From contig JBBIUB010000001.1 of NCBI GenBank assembly GCA_037440465.1, positions 20,307-84,306 of the forward strand: DNA of 64,000 nt, in the 5' to 3' direction. The stretch is from Coprothermobacterota bacterium. Its GTDB lineage: Bacteria > Coprothermobacterota > HKB111. The notes beneath the pieces are model-generated. The model did no database searches and had not been told where the DNA came from. It saw only the letters and a list, made by a program, of their open reading frames with translations. Within the stretch, counting starts at the first letter, position 1, and each line of letters begins with the position of its first letter. A program made the position numbers and the translations under genes. Shown here one piece after another: positions 20,059-28,831 of the stretch.

Positions 20059-20901
20059 TCAAATTAAATAGGTAAACCCAACACCTACTGTGCCTGGACC
20101 AACATGAGTACCGACAACCGGTCCAACTTCCCAGATGGGAATTTCACTACTTAAACCAGATAACTTTTCTCTTATTTGATTCGCAACCTCAAATGCTTGA
20201 ACGTGGATCACAGCAAGACGAAACTTACCAGGTGCTTCTTTTATTCCTTTCTTTGTATCATCAACCAAACGATTTATGGCTTTTTCTTTTGTCCTTACCT
20301 TATCGTAAGTCTCTACAACTTTCTTGATTGAGAGGATAGGCTTAAGCTGCAACATAGAACCAATAAGAGCTTGAGCACCACCAATCCTTCCACCTTTGTG
20401 AAGATACTCCAGAGTATCAACCAAAAATAACAATTTTGTATTATCTCTCATATAATCAAGGTGGGCTATAACATCTTCAACAGATAGTCCTTCTTTCAAT
20501 AAATTGTAGGCTTCCTCAACCTGAAATCTGAGGCCACAGGATGTATACCAGGAATCAAAAACATCAATATTCTCACTTGCTAAAATGTTTTTAGCTAACA
20601 AAGCAGATTGAACCGTACCACTTATTCCTGCTGAAATATGAATAGAAAGAATCCTATCCACACCCTGAGATAAAAGTTCTTTGTAAGTAATTTCGAATTC
20701 TCCTGCTGAAGGCTGAGAAGTTGTTGGTAATATTTTGGTAGTCTTTAACGAGGCAAAATATTCTTTCCAGTCTAACTCATCCTCGTTCACACTCTTACCA
20801 TCCGGGAATATTATTTTTAAAGGGATAACTTTCAGATTTAACTCTTTAATCTCCTGGGGTGTAAAATAACTTGTACCATCTGTAACCAAGCCAACTTTCA
20901 T
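20059..20901 (-). CDS. DegV-family fatty-acid-binding protein
   Basis: The N-terminus MKVGLVTDGTSYFTPQEIKELNLKVIPL matches the DegV family. It is 280 aa. Confidence 0.85.
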   Translation of the reverse strand: MKVGLVTDGTSYFTPQEIKELNLKVIPLKIIFPDGKSVNEDELDWKEYFASLKTTKILPTTSQPSAGEFEITYKELLSQGVDRILSIHISAGISGTVQSALLAKNILASENIDVFDSWYTSCGLRFQVEEAYNLLKEGLSVEDVIAHLDYMRDNTKLLFLVDTLEYLHKGGRIGGAQALIGSMLQLKPILSIKKVVETYDKVRTKEKAINRLVDDTKKGIKEAPGKFRLAVIHVQAFEVANQIREKLSGLSSEIPIWEVGPVVGTHVGPGTVGVGFTYLI

Positions 20902-20924
20902 TATCCTACCTCCTATTTTGTTTT

Positions 20925-21000
20925 TGGTGCGCCCGAGAGGATTCGAACCTCCAGCCTACGGCTCCGGAGGCCGTCGCTCTATCCATTGAGCTACGAGCGC
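20925..21000 (-). tRNA. tRNA-Arg (anticodon CCG)
   Basis: The minus-strand sequence is GCGCTCGTAGCTCAATGGATAGAGCGACGGCCTCCGGAGCCGTAGGCTGGAGGTTCGAATCCTCTCGGGCGCACCA. It folds as a cloverleaf with a 7-bp acceptor stem, a TTCGAAT T-loop, anticodon loop CTCCGGA, and an encoded CCA. Confidence 0.85.
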
Positions 21001-21058
21001 TTTATCCATCTTTTAATTATACCCTACTCAGTTTCTTATTAAAAACCTTTTTTATTAT

Positions 21059-22528
21059 TTAAAGAATTTCAAGTGTATTAGACTCGGGTTTAAGCTGGGG
21101 GAATAATACTACATCTCTAATAGAAGATACTCCCAGAAGTATCATAGCCAAACGGTCAATACCAATTCCCAACCCTCCTGTAGGCGGCAGTCCATGTTCC
21201 AAAGCTATGAGATAATCTTCATCGACAACATGAGCCTCTTCATCCCCTCTTTCCTTCTTTTGAAGTTGGCCCTCAAATCGCTCTCTTTGAGTGAATGGAT
21301 CGTTAAGCTCACTAAAACCATTAGCAACTTCCATCCCTCTAATAAAAAGTTCAAAGCGGTCTGTGTACTCTGGATCATCTGCTCTTTCTTTAGCTAGTGG
21401 CGACAACAAAGCAGGGTAACCTGTTACAAATGTCGGCTCTATTAAAGTAGGTTCAATTATCTCTTTGAAAATCTCATCAACAACATTTTCCCAAAGAAGA
21501 GGTTTTTTCAGTTCTATGCCTTTCTTATTAAGATAATTTTTTGCAAATACTAAATCTTTTAACGCTTCCATTTCTATACCAACCTGGTTACTGAATAGTT
21601 CACGGTATTCAACTACTACGAAATCTTTTAGTAAGTTTATCTGTTTCCCTTCCCATTCAATTGATACATCAGGCAACAGACAAGGTATTATAAAATGAAT
21701 CATATCCTGGGTAAGTTTCATCATAGCTTCAAATCCCTGAAAAGCCCAATATACTTCCAACATAGTAAACTCTGGATTATGAATCCTGGAGATGCCTTCA
21801 TTACGAAAGTTCCTACTCACCTCAAACACCTTAAAGAAGCTTCCTACTACCAATCTTTTAAGGTATAGTTCAGGTGCTATTCTCAAAAATAGATCTGTTC
21901 CTAATGCTTGATGATGTGTAATAAATGGATTTGCAATTGCTCCGCCAGCAATAGATTGAAGTACTGGTGTCTCAACTTCCAGAAAACCTTTTTCATTTAG
22001 GAATTTTCTGATTAATTCTAATAGCTTACTTCTTTTTATAAAATCTTCTTTTACTTTAGGATTAACTAGAAGGTCGAGGTATCTAAATCTATAACGCTGT
22101 TCTATGTCTTTGAGACCATGCCATTTTTCAGGCAATGGCCTGAGGGCTTTTGTAAGAAAAAACCATTTACCAACTTCCAGAGTTATCTCCCCTCTTTTTG
22201 TTTTAAAAAGAGTCCCTTCTAATCCAAGAAAATCCCCTATATCAACAACATTTTTAAAGAGTTGAAAATTTTCACTACTAAGTTTAGCTTCTTGTAAATA
22301 AGCCTGAATTTTTCCTGTATCATCCATAATGTCTAAGAAAAGCGAACCTCCATGATCCCTGATACTCATAATTCTTCCTGCTATCTTCTGATAACTACCT
22401 TCAAAAGAAACGTAGTTTTCTTTTAAGAAGCAGATTTGAAAAGCATCAGGAAAGGGTTCTCCATATGGCTTTATCCCATTTTCTTTGAGATCAGTGAGTT
22501 TCTTAATTCTCTCCTCTCTTTCTCTCAA
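21059..22528 (-). CDS. lysS: Lysine--tRNA ligase (class II)
   Basis: A 489-aa protein with an N-terminal OB-fold anticodon-binding domain and class II motifs (FRNEG, GGLGIGIDRL). Confidence 0.95.
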   Translation of the reverse strand: MREREERIKKLTDLKENGIKPYGEPFPDAFQICFLKENYVSFEGSYQKIAGRIMSIRDHGGSLFLDIMDDTGKIQAYLQEAKLSSENFQLFKNVVDIGDFLGLEGTLFKTKRGEITLEVGKWFFLTKALRPLPEKWHGLKDIEQRYRFRYLDLLVNPKVKEDFIKRSKLLELIRKFLNEKGFLEVETPVLQSIAGGAIANPFITHHQALGTDLFLRIAPELYLKRLVVGSFFKVFEVSRNFRNEGISRIHNPEFTMLEVYWAFQGFEAMMKLTQDMIHFIIPCLLPDVSIEWEGKQINLLKDFVVVEYRELFSNQVGIEMEALKDLVFAKNYLNKKGIELKKPLLWENVVDEIFKEIIEPTLIEPTFVTGYPALLSPLAKERADDPEYTDRFELFIRGMEVANGFSELNDPFTQRERFEGQLQKKERGDEEAHVVDEDYLIALEHGLPPTGGLGIGIDRLAMILLGVSSIRDVVLFPQLKPESNTLEIL

Positions 22529-22530
22529 TG

Positions 22531-23013
22531 TTACCTCACAATCTCTTTTATTCTATAGGAAATACGACCAACAAGTGCATCTATGAAGAATTCCTCAAGT
22601 GCTCTTTTTCCAAGCACCGCATGGCCTAAGGGACTTTGAGCAGAAATGTAACATTTACGAGGATCCACTTCTTCGACATTACCAACAATAACATATTCTT
22701 CCTCTTCTCCAGCAGTGATGTTTTCTAACTTTACACGGCTTCCTATTGTCACTGTTTCTGAGGGTAAATCTCTCTCTTCAAGAACAGTAGCTATCCTGAG
22801 AATTTTCTCCAATTCGAGAATTCTACCCTCAACAAAAGCTTGTTCGTTTTTTGCATCCTCATACTCTGAATTATCGGTGATGTCACCATATTCTTTAGCT
22901 TGAACTATCCTTTCTGCTACTTCTTTGCGTCTTACTGTTCGGAGATATTCAAGTTCTTCCTCCAGCTTCTTTAATCCATCTTTACTGATATATAAACGAC
23001 CAGTTTCTGCCAT
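22531..23013 (-). CDS. greA: Transcription elongation factor GreA
   Basis: It is 160 aa with a coiled-coil N-terminus and a C-terminal GreA/GreB domain (ISAQSPLGHAVLGKRALEEFFIDALVGRISYRIKEI). Confidence 0.9.
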   Translation of the reverse strand: MAETGRLYISKDGLKKLEEELEYLRTVRRKEVAERIVQAKEYGDITDNSEYEDAKNEQAFVEGRILELEKILRIATVLEERDLPSETVTIGSRVKLENITAGEEEEYVIVGNVEEVDPRKCYISAQSPLGHAVLGKRALEEFFIDALVGRISYRIKEIVR

Positions 23014-23020
23014 TGTATCT

Positions 23021-24103
23021 TCACCTCCCTGAATGAAGAGCTTTTAATTTAATTCTTTCTATTTCTTCTGGTTTCAAGACTCTTTCAAAACTTCTAAAAC
23101 CTGCCAACTTAAAACCATGCTTCTTCGCTAACTCACTTATCTCTACTACTTTAGAAATATCTAATTCCTTGCCTAATGAAAAAGTATTATATTTTCGTTC
23201 TAATGTCAGAATCATTGTTTCAGACATACAAGCATATGCCAAGCCTGGAGGAAACCCAAAATTATAATTAAAAGATGGTGTTCCAGGAACTTTAATTACA
23301 CCACCTTCAATAACCAAAACATCTTCCCTATCTCGAGATACTCTTGTAGAAACATCTCTTGGTCTTGCTACATCACATACTACAGCTCCAGGTTTTAACA
23401 TCTCAGGCTCTATTACTTGATGAACTGCGCTGGAAACAGCTACAATAGCATCTGCCCTTTTAATCCCCTTTGATATTGAAGAAGTTGATTCTACACTCAA
23501 TCCTTCTTCCATTAAAGATCTACTAATTTCATTTAGTTTCTCTTCATTCCTTCCTATTAAAACTGTGCTCTTAAATCTTGGCGCCATTAAATAAGCAGCA
23601 GCTTTACCTATTGAGCCTGTAGCACCTACTATGGCTAGCTCAGCATCTTTTGAATCAACTTCCATAAGTTTCAAAGCCTCAAAAGTCCCTTCTATTGCTG
23701 ATGCTACCGTATAACTATTTCCAGTTGTAACAGCAATTTTAAGATTTTCTTTTATAGTAATTCCACCATCTCCAACCACTGAGGTAAAAGCCCCAAGCCC
23801 AACAATGCTTGCGCCCTGACTTTCCGCAAGCTTACCAGCTTCAATTATCTTTTCATAGACATATGGCAAGGGGAGGGTTACCATCTGTTCGGAAGTTAGA
23901 GGACAAGCAATGAAGAACCCTTCAATCTCCTCACCGTTATAATCAGACTTTATACCTTTTATATAAGAACTCACAAAAGCTTTTCGTTTTTTTAAAAGAT
24001 TTAGAACGAGTGAGGGTGGAAGAAATCTTGCCCAACTTAATTTCTTAACGATGTCATTATAATTTATAGGATGGAGAATAAAAGCAAATATTTCCATGTC
24101 CAA
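23021..24103 (-). CDS. NAD(P)-dependent oxidoreductase of the cyanobacterial acyl-ACP reductase (AAR)-like family
   Basis: Similarity to Synechococcus AAR runs across the whole length: GASIVGLGAFTSVV vs HGIDISALGGFTSII; VTTGNSYTVASAIE vs FTTGNTHTAYVICR; LAIVGATGSIGKAAAYL vs VAVVGATGDIGSAVCRW; VLVIEGGVIK vs IYVLNGGVVE; AYACMSETMILTLE vs FACFAEAMLLEFE. Confidence 0.6.
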   Translation of the reverse strand: MDMEIFAFILHPINYNDIVKKLSWARFLPPSLVLNLLKKRKAFVSSYIKGIKSDYNGEEIEGFFIACPLTSEQMVTLPLPYVYEKIIEAGKLAESQGASIVGLGAFTSVVGDGGITIKENLKIAVTTGNSYTVASAIEGTFEALKLMEVDSKDAELAIVGATGSIGKAAAYLMAPRFKSTVLIGRNEEKLNEISRSLMEEGLSVESTSSISKGIKRADAIVAVSSAVHQVIEPEMLKPGAVVCDVARPRDVSTRVSRDREDVLVIEGGVIKVPGTPSFNYNFGFPPGLAYACMSETMILTLERKYNTFSLGKELDISKVVEISELAKKHGFKLAGFRSFERVLKPEEIERIKLKALHSGR

Positions 24104-24106
24104 TTC

Positions 24107-25018
24107 TCAGGGATTAAGAAAATCTATCCTTGGTCTCAAGGAGATTCTTTCCAGGAATTTCTCAGCTTCTTCATTAGTAACCTCATCAGGTGGTTTATCC
24201 AGAAAGGAAACTAACAATCCTTCAATAACATTGGTTCCAAAGGAGCGCCCTTCCCATTCTGGCGTAGTAGTTACTAGAAGTTTAACCCCTCTTTCTTTTA
24301 GGAGTTCCCGATCTTCACTCGTTACAGTATTAGTTAATATTAACTTTCCTTTCAAATCCAAGGGTGAATATCTTCTTATGAAATGAAAATCACCTGCTAT
24401 AAGATCTGCCCAATCAAAATAATGAGTAAAACGAGGTTCACTTTCATCTTGTTTTTTACCAACAGGATAAAGAAAACTCATAGGGAGGTAAGTAAGAATG
24501 GGAAGTAGCAAAGAAGCAACAATATCTACTGATTTAAGTGTCCTTAAAGGAAAAGGAAGTCCAAGAGCAAAAAGGAAGTCTCCAAATATAAGAGGACACC
24601 CGATCTGGCTTAACGCTTCACTAATGCTGTATCTATCAACAGCACTTACTACCAGTGTTTTTGTCTTATTATTAATTATTCCTTGGTTAAATAAAGTAAA
24701 AACAACCTTATTTTCCCAATTATTTTTTATTAGGGCACCATCTACAACATATGATTTCTTTACTAAATTTTTTAGTTTTAAGGCATCCTTTATGATATAT
24801 CTCTTATTTTTTGCAAATAAATATAGGCTTATACCGCCAAGGCCTATAGCATTTACCTGGCCATCTTGTTCTTTTATAAGGTCAAACATCCTGGAGAAAT
24901 TGCCATCTGTCCCTATCCTTTCAAGGCTGACTTTCTCTCCCAGAATATCTAACTCTACTCTATGATTTCTCTTAGATGAACCTAAACTAATGCTAACAAT
25001 TTTTTTCATTGACACCAC
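24107..25018 (-). CDS. Conserved hypothetical protein, possibly AroM-like (Asp/Glu racemase-like fold)
   Basis: A 303-aa soluble protein with an N-terminal IVSISLGSS...IGLGGIS block and a C-terminal LILTNTVTSEDRELLKERGVKLLVTT block, loosely resembling E. coli AroM. It is immediately downstream of the AAR-like gene with a 3-nt gap. Confidence 0.3.
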   Translation of the reverse strand: MVSMKKIVSISLGSSKRNHRVELDILGEKVSLERIGTDGNFSRMFDLIKEQDGQVNAIGLGGISLYLFAKNKRYIIKDALKLKNLVKKSYVVDGALIKNNWENKVVFTLFNQGIINNKTKTLVVSAVDRYSISEALSQIGCPLIFGDFLFALGLPFPLRTLKSVDIVASLLLPILTYLPMSFLYPVGKKQDESEPRFTHYFDWADLIAGDFHFIRRYSPLDLKGKLILTNTVTSEDRELLKERGVKLLVTTTPEWEGRSFGTNVIEGLLVSFLDKPPDEVTNEEAEKFLERISLRPRIDFLNP

Positions 25019-25119
25019 CCATTTTCTTAAGCTTGAAAATTATATCACAATAAGGTATTAAAACAAAAAAACTCTACAGAGAACCTTTTTTCTTAATATG
25101 AAAGAGCATGAAAAAATTA

Positions 25120-25194
25120 TGGAGCCGGCAGAGGGAGTTGGACCCTCAACCTGCTGATTACGATTCAGCTGCTCTACCATTGAGCTACACCGGC
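25120..25194 (-). tRNA. tRNA-Thr (anticodon CGT)
   Basis: The minus-strand sequence is GCCGGTGTAGCTCAATGGTAGAGCAGCTGAATCGTAATCAGCAGGTTGAGGGTCCAACTCCCTCTGCCGGCTCCA. It has a 7-bp acceptor stem with two G-U pairs, anticodon loop ATCGTAA, and an encoded CCA. The T-loop TCCAACT is slightly atypical. Confidence 0.75.
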
Positions 25195-25288
25195 TCCGTA
25201 AATTTTAGCACATGATTCTTGACTTTTGACCCTTCGCCCGATTAATAGTTTCCAAAATCGGATAATCTCCAAATTAGTTGTCTACATT

Positions 25289-25471
25289 AAGGATTCAAAG
25301 AGTCAATGAATATAGGACCCAAGAGGTCCAGGATTCAAGGGTTCAAGTGAATTGCATATGAATAACAAAGGAATAAAGGGTTATAGAAGTTGATTTTTTT
25401 ATTTTCTCTCGAATCCTCGAATCCTTGAATCCTCTAACCCTTCTTAGTAAACACTCGAAACCTTGAATCCT
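25289..25471. repeat. Imperfect inverted-repeat element of about 180 bp built from GGATTCAAG / CTTGAATCC units, 95 bp from tRNA-Thr
   Basis: The left arm carries AGGATTCAAAGAGTC and AGGATTCAAGGGTTCAAG. The right arm carries CTCGAATCCTTGAATCCT and CTCGAAACCTTGAATCCT, which are reverse complements of the left units and include a tandem GAATCC run. An internal palindrome GGACCCAAGAGGTCC is also present. No ORF is associated. Confidence 0.5.
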
Positions 25472-25576
25472 ATTTAGATAACCCATATAAAATTAATATC
25501 AATTCAAGTCAGTAATAGAGTAAAATATATTTGGTTTTATTAAACATACATAACTGGAATTACGGGAGGTTATTTA

Positions 25577-26581
25577 ATGCAAAAGATAGGTGTAATCTCA
25601 TACGGGTTAGGTCCTATTGGAAAAGGAATTGCCAAGACTGCTCATCAGAGGAAGGAATTAATCTTAATTGGTGGAGTAGATATTAATCCACAATTACATG
25701 GTAAAGATTTTGGAGAAGTAATTAGCATTGGTCCACTTGGTGTAAAAATAAAAAGCAGTCTTAAAGAAATCCCTGTTGAACAAGCAAAGGTTGTCTTACA
25801 TTCTACTCAATCATCATTTCCAAAGGTTTTTGATCAGCTTGAAGAAATCGCTAAATTAGGACTTAATATTATCTCAACCACAGAAGAATTATCTTACCCT
25901 TTTATCAAATATCCAGTACTTTCTGAGAAACTTGACAAGATAGCTAAAGAAAATGGTATTACCATACTCGGGACAGGAGTAAACCCGGGTTTTTTAATGG
26001 ATTCTTTTCCTCTATTCATCACATCAGTATCTAATAAAGTTAAGAGAATCCATATACTACGTTTGATGGACGCATCCAAAAGAAGAGGACCATTCCAAGT
26101 TAAGATTGGTTCAGGACTTACTACCCATGAATTTCATAACCTGGTTAAAAATGGAAAACTGGGTCATGTCGGACTTGAAGAATCAATTCAGTTTATCACT
26201 ACCTCCTTAAAGGTAGAGTTAGGAGACTACAAAGAATCTATCAAACCTGTACTTGCTGAAGAAAATATTAAAACAGATTATTTAGAAGTTTCTGCTGGTA
26301 TGGTAAGAGGTATTGATCAGGTTGGCATTGGATTTGATAAAGAAGGTAATGAAATAGTACGATTAGAGTTCAAGGCTTATCTTGAAGCTAAGAATCCACA
26401 TGATTTAATTGAAATTGAGGGTGATCCTTCTTTAACAGTTGTTATCCCTGGTGGAGTTCCGGGTGACATTGCTACTTCTTCTATAGTAACAAATGCCATA
26501 CCAAGAGTACTAAATGCATCTCCAGGTCTTCTTACAATGAAAGATATCCCAATAACTCATAATTTTGGAAGTTTTAAGTAG
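25577..26581 (+). CDS. DapB-like NAD(P)H-dependent amine dehydrogenase family protein (2,4-diaminopentanoate dehydrogenase-like)
   Basis: It has an N-terminal Rossmann fold (MQKIGVISYGLGPIGKGIAKTA) and a C-terminal DapB_C-like region, and its 334-aa length matches the Ord/native-AmDH family. An RBS (GGGAGG) is upstream. Confidence 0.5.
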   Translation: MQKIGVISYGLGPIGKGIAKTAHQRKELILIGGVDINPQLHGKDFGEVISIGPLGVKIKSSLKEIPVEQAKVVLHSTQSSFPKVFDQLEEIAKLGLNIISTTEELSYPFIKYPVLSEKLDKIAKENGITILGTGVNPGFLMDSFPLFITSVSNKVKRIHILRLMDASKRRGPFQVKIGSGLTTHEFHNLVKNGKLGHVGLEESIQFITTSLKVELGDYKESIKPVLAEENIKTDYLEVSAGMVRGIDQVGIGFDKEGNEIVRLEFKAYLEAKNPHDLIEIEGDPSLTVVIPGGVPGDIATSSIVTNAIPRVLNASPGLLTMKDIPITHNFGSFK

Positions 26582-26595
26582 CGAGAGACTTAGAA

Positions 26596-27624
26596 ATGAA
26601 AGCAATTGTTAAGAAAACTTTAGAAAAGGGAGTCTCTCTTGAGGAGGTTGGAATACCCCAACCAAGAGAAGGAGAGGTACTTATTAAAGTAAAATATTCT
26701 TCTATTTGCGGCACAGATCTTCATATTTACCTCTCAGACAACTGGGCTACCAATAGGATTCATCCACCTCTCATAATTGGACACGAAATGGGTGGAGAGG
26801 TTGTAGAACTTGGACCCAAAGTATCCCATATCAAGTTAGGAGATAGAGTTGGTGTTGAAACTCACATAGTTAACTGGAAAACTCGAGAATCAAGAACAGG
26901 TAAAGCACATCTATGTTCCAGCACAAAAATCCTTGGTGTAGACATGGATGGATCTTTTGCTGAGTATGTGGTATTACCAGAAGTAAATGTAATACCCAAC
27001 CCAACATCAATACCAGATGAATTCTTATCGATTGAAGAACCACTTGGTAACGCTGTTCATGCAGCCACAACCGTTAGTGTTCCTGGTAAAAATGTACTCG
27101 TTGTGGGAAGTGGCCCAGTAGGGCTTCTACTTATTGCTGTTTTAAAATGTTTTGGCACAACGAGAGTATTTGTCTCTGAGATAAATCGTTATCGACTTGA
27201 TTTAGCTCAGAAGGTTGGTGCAGACAGAGCTATTAACCCTAAAGAGTTAGACCTTTTAGAAATCATCCGTGAGGAAACAGGAGGAGAAGGTTTAGATATT
27301 GCATTTGACATGTCTGGAAATAGCTCGGGAATAAACCAAGCTATTAAATCATTAAGACCGGGTGGAGATATGGTTTTCTTTGGTTTACCCAGGATGCCTG
27401 TGAATATAAATATCGCAGATGACATTATTTTTAGAGGATTAACTCTACATGGAATAATAGGACGAAAAATGTTTGACACCTGGTATGAGGTATTAGACCT
27501 CCTTGAGAACAAAAAGATAGATTTAGGACCTATCATTACCCACCGTTTCCCATATGAAGAGATAGACAAAGCCATGGATTTAATGGACAGAGGAGAATCC
27601 GGGAAAATTCTTCTCTTCCCTTAG
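26596..27624 (+). CDS. tdh: L-threonine 3-dehydrogenase (Zn-dependent MDR family)
   Basis: A catalytic zinc site (CGTDLH) and a structural zinc region are present, with a GSGPVGLL Rossmann fold. It is 342 aa and adjacent to kbl. Confidence 0.8.
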   Translation: MKAIVKKTLEKGVSLEEVGIPQPREGEVLIKVKYSSICGTDLHIYLSDNWATNRIHPPLIIGHEMGGEVVELGPKVSHIKLGDRVGVETHIVNWKTRESRTGKAHLCSSTKILGVDMDGSFAEYVVLPEVNVIPNPTSIPDEFLSIEEPLGNAVHAATTVSVPGKNVLVVGSGPVGLLLIAVLKCFGTTRVFVSEINRYRLDLAQKVGADRAINPKELDLLEIIREETGGEGLDIAFDMSGNSSGINQAIKSLRPGGDMVFFGLPRMPVNINIADDIIFRGLTLHGIIGRKMFDTWYEVLDLLENKKIDLGPIITHRFPYEEIDKAMDLMDRGESGKILLFP

Positions 27625-27628
27625 GAGG

Positions 27629-28828
27629 ATGAAAATGAAACCATTTATTGAAGAAATCCTTAGAAACAACTTGAAGAAGTTAGAAGATGAACACTTACTT
27701 ATCACTTTAAAAATTCTCTCATCTTCTCAAGGACCCTGGGTTGAGATGGGAGGAAGAAGGGTTTTAAATCTTTCTTCAAATAATTATCTTGGATTCAACT
27801 CACACCCATCACTTATAAAAGCTTCCATTGAAGCAACAGAAAAATGGGGAGTTGGTTCAGGTGCAGTTCGTACGATAGTAGGTACACAAGAAATTCATAT
27901 GGAGTTGGAACACGAGCTTGCTTCCTTCAAGAAGGTTGGTGCATGCCTGGTTTTTCAATCAGGTTATGCCACTAACCTTGGCGTTATTCAAGCACTCATG
28001 ACAGAGGGAGATGTAATTATCTCAGATGAACTGAACCACGCTTCTATAATTGATGGTGCCCGTCTTTCTAAAGCAAAGATTCATGTTTACCGCCATGTTG
28101 ATATGAATCACTTAGAAGAAAAACTAAAGGAAGCCAGAGATTTAAAACCTGGAAAAATCCTTTTAGTTACCGATGGTGTCTTCAGCATGGACGGGGACAT
28201 TGCTCCACTACCACAGATTACAGAGCTTGCTGAAAGATATGAAGCTATCTTGATGGTAGACGATGCTCACGCATCTGGAGTTCTTGGAAGAAATGGAAGA
28301 GGTACTGTTGACCATTTCAATCTTCACGGTAGAGTTGACATCCAAGTTGGTACACTTTCAAAAGCACTTGGTACCATGGGAGGTTATGTAGCAAGTAGTC
28401 AAACATTTGTAACATTCTTGATACAAAAAGGGCGTCCAATCCTCTTCTCTACTTCCCACCCTCCAGGAGTTGTAGCTGCTACTTTAGTTTCACTAAAAAT
28501 CATCAATTCACTTGAAGGAGAAGAATTGATTAAGAAACTCTGGGAGAACACAGGTTATTTCAAAGATAACCTTAAAAACGCCGGGTTTAATATTGGTGTT
28601 TCCCAGACTCCAATTACTCCTATAATGGTAGGAGATGCTGAAGTTGCCCAGAAATACAGTTCCCTGCTTTTAGAAGATGGTGTCCTTGCTCTGGGAATTG
28701 GTTATCCTACTGTAGCTCTCGGTAAAGCTCGGATTAGAACTATAGTCACATCTTCTCATACAAAAAAAGACCTGGACCTCGCCCTGAAAACTCTCTGTAA
28801 AATAGGGAGAAAAATAGGTATCATCTAA
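27629..28828 (+). CDS. kbl: 2-amino-3-ketobutyrate CoA ligase (glycine C-acetyltransferase)
   Basis: A 399-aa fold-type I aminotransferase of the 8-amino-7-oxononanoate synthase family (SNNYLGF, DDAHASGVLG, the TLSKALG PLP-Lys region). It is paired with tdh. Confidence 0.85.
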   Translation: MKMKPFIEEILRNNLKKLEDEHLLITLKILSSSQGPWVEMGGRRVLNLSSNNYLGFNSHPSLIKASIEATEKWGVGSGAVRTIVGTQEIHMELEHELASFKKVGACLVFQSGYATNLGVIQALMTEGDVIISDELNHASIIDGARLSKAKIHVYRHVDMNHLEEKLKEARDLKPGKILLVTDGVFSMDGDIAPLPQITELAERYEAILMVDDAHASGVLGRNGRGTVDHFNLHGRVDIQVGTLSKALGTMGGYVASSQTFVTFLIQKGRPILFSTSHPPGVVAATLVSLKIINSLEGEELIKKLWENTGYFKDNLKNAGFNIGVSQTPITPIMVGDAEVAQKYSSLLLEDGVLALGIGYPTVALGKARIRTIVTSSHTKKDLDLALKTLCKIGRKIGII

Positions 28829-28831
28829 TAA

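Noticed and set aside
25289-25471. Possible CRISPR array
   Set aside because: The repeats are short (9-18 nt), imperfect, irregularly spaced and arranged as inverted rather than direct repeats. No cas genes are nearby.
20902-25576. Integrated mobile element or genomic island at the two tRNA genes
   Set aside because: No integrase, transposase, phage genes or tRNA 3'-end direct repeat were found. Only the small inverted-repeat element next to tRNA-Thr is retained, as a separate finding.
6609-27575. Other short internal ORFs from the six-frame track (6609-6806, 7992-8886, 10394-10642, 14446-14970, 17245-17559, 18733-18918, 21194-21397, 22715-22903, 24096-24386, 24498-24965, 25894-26079, 26870-27070, 27207-27575)
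   Set aside because: All are embedded in or antisense to confidently assigned genes. None has an independent start signal or recognisable similarity.
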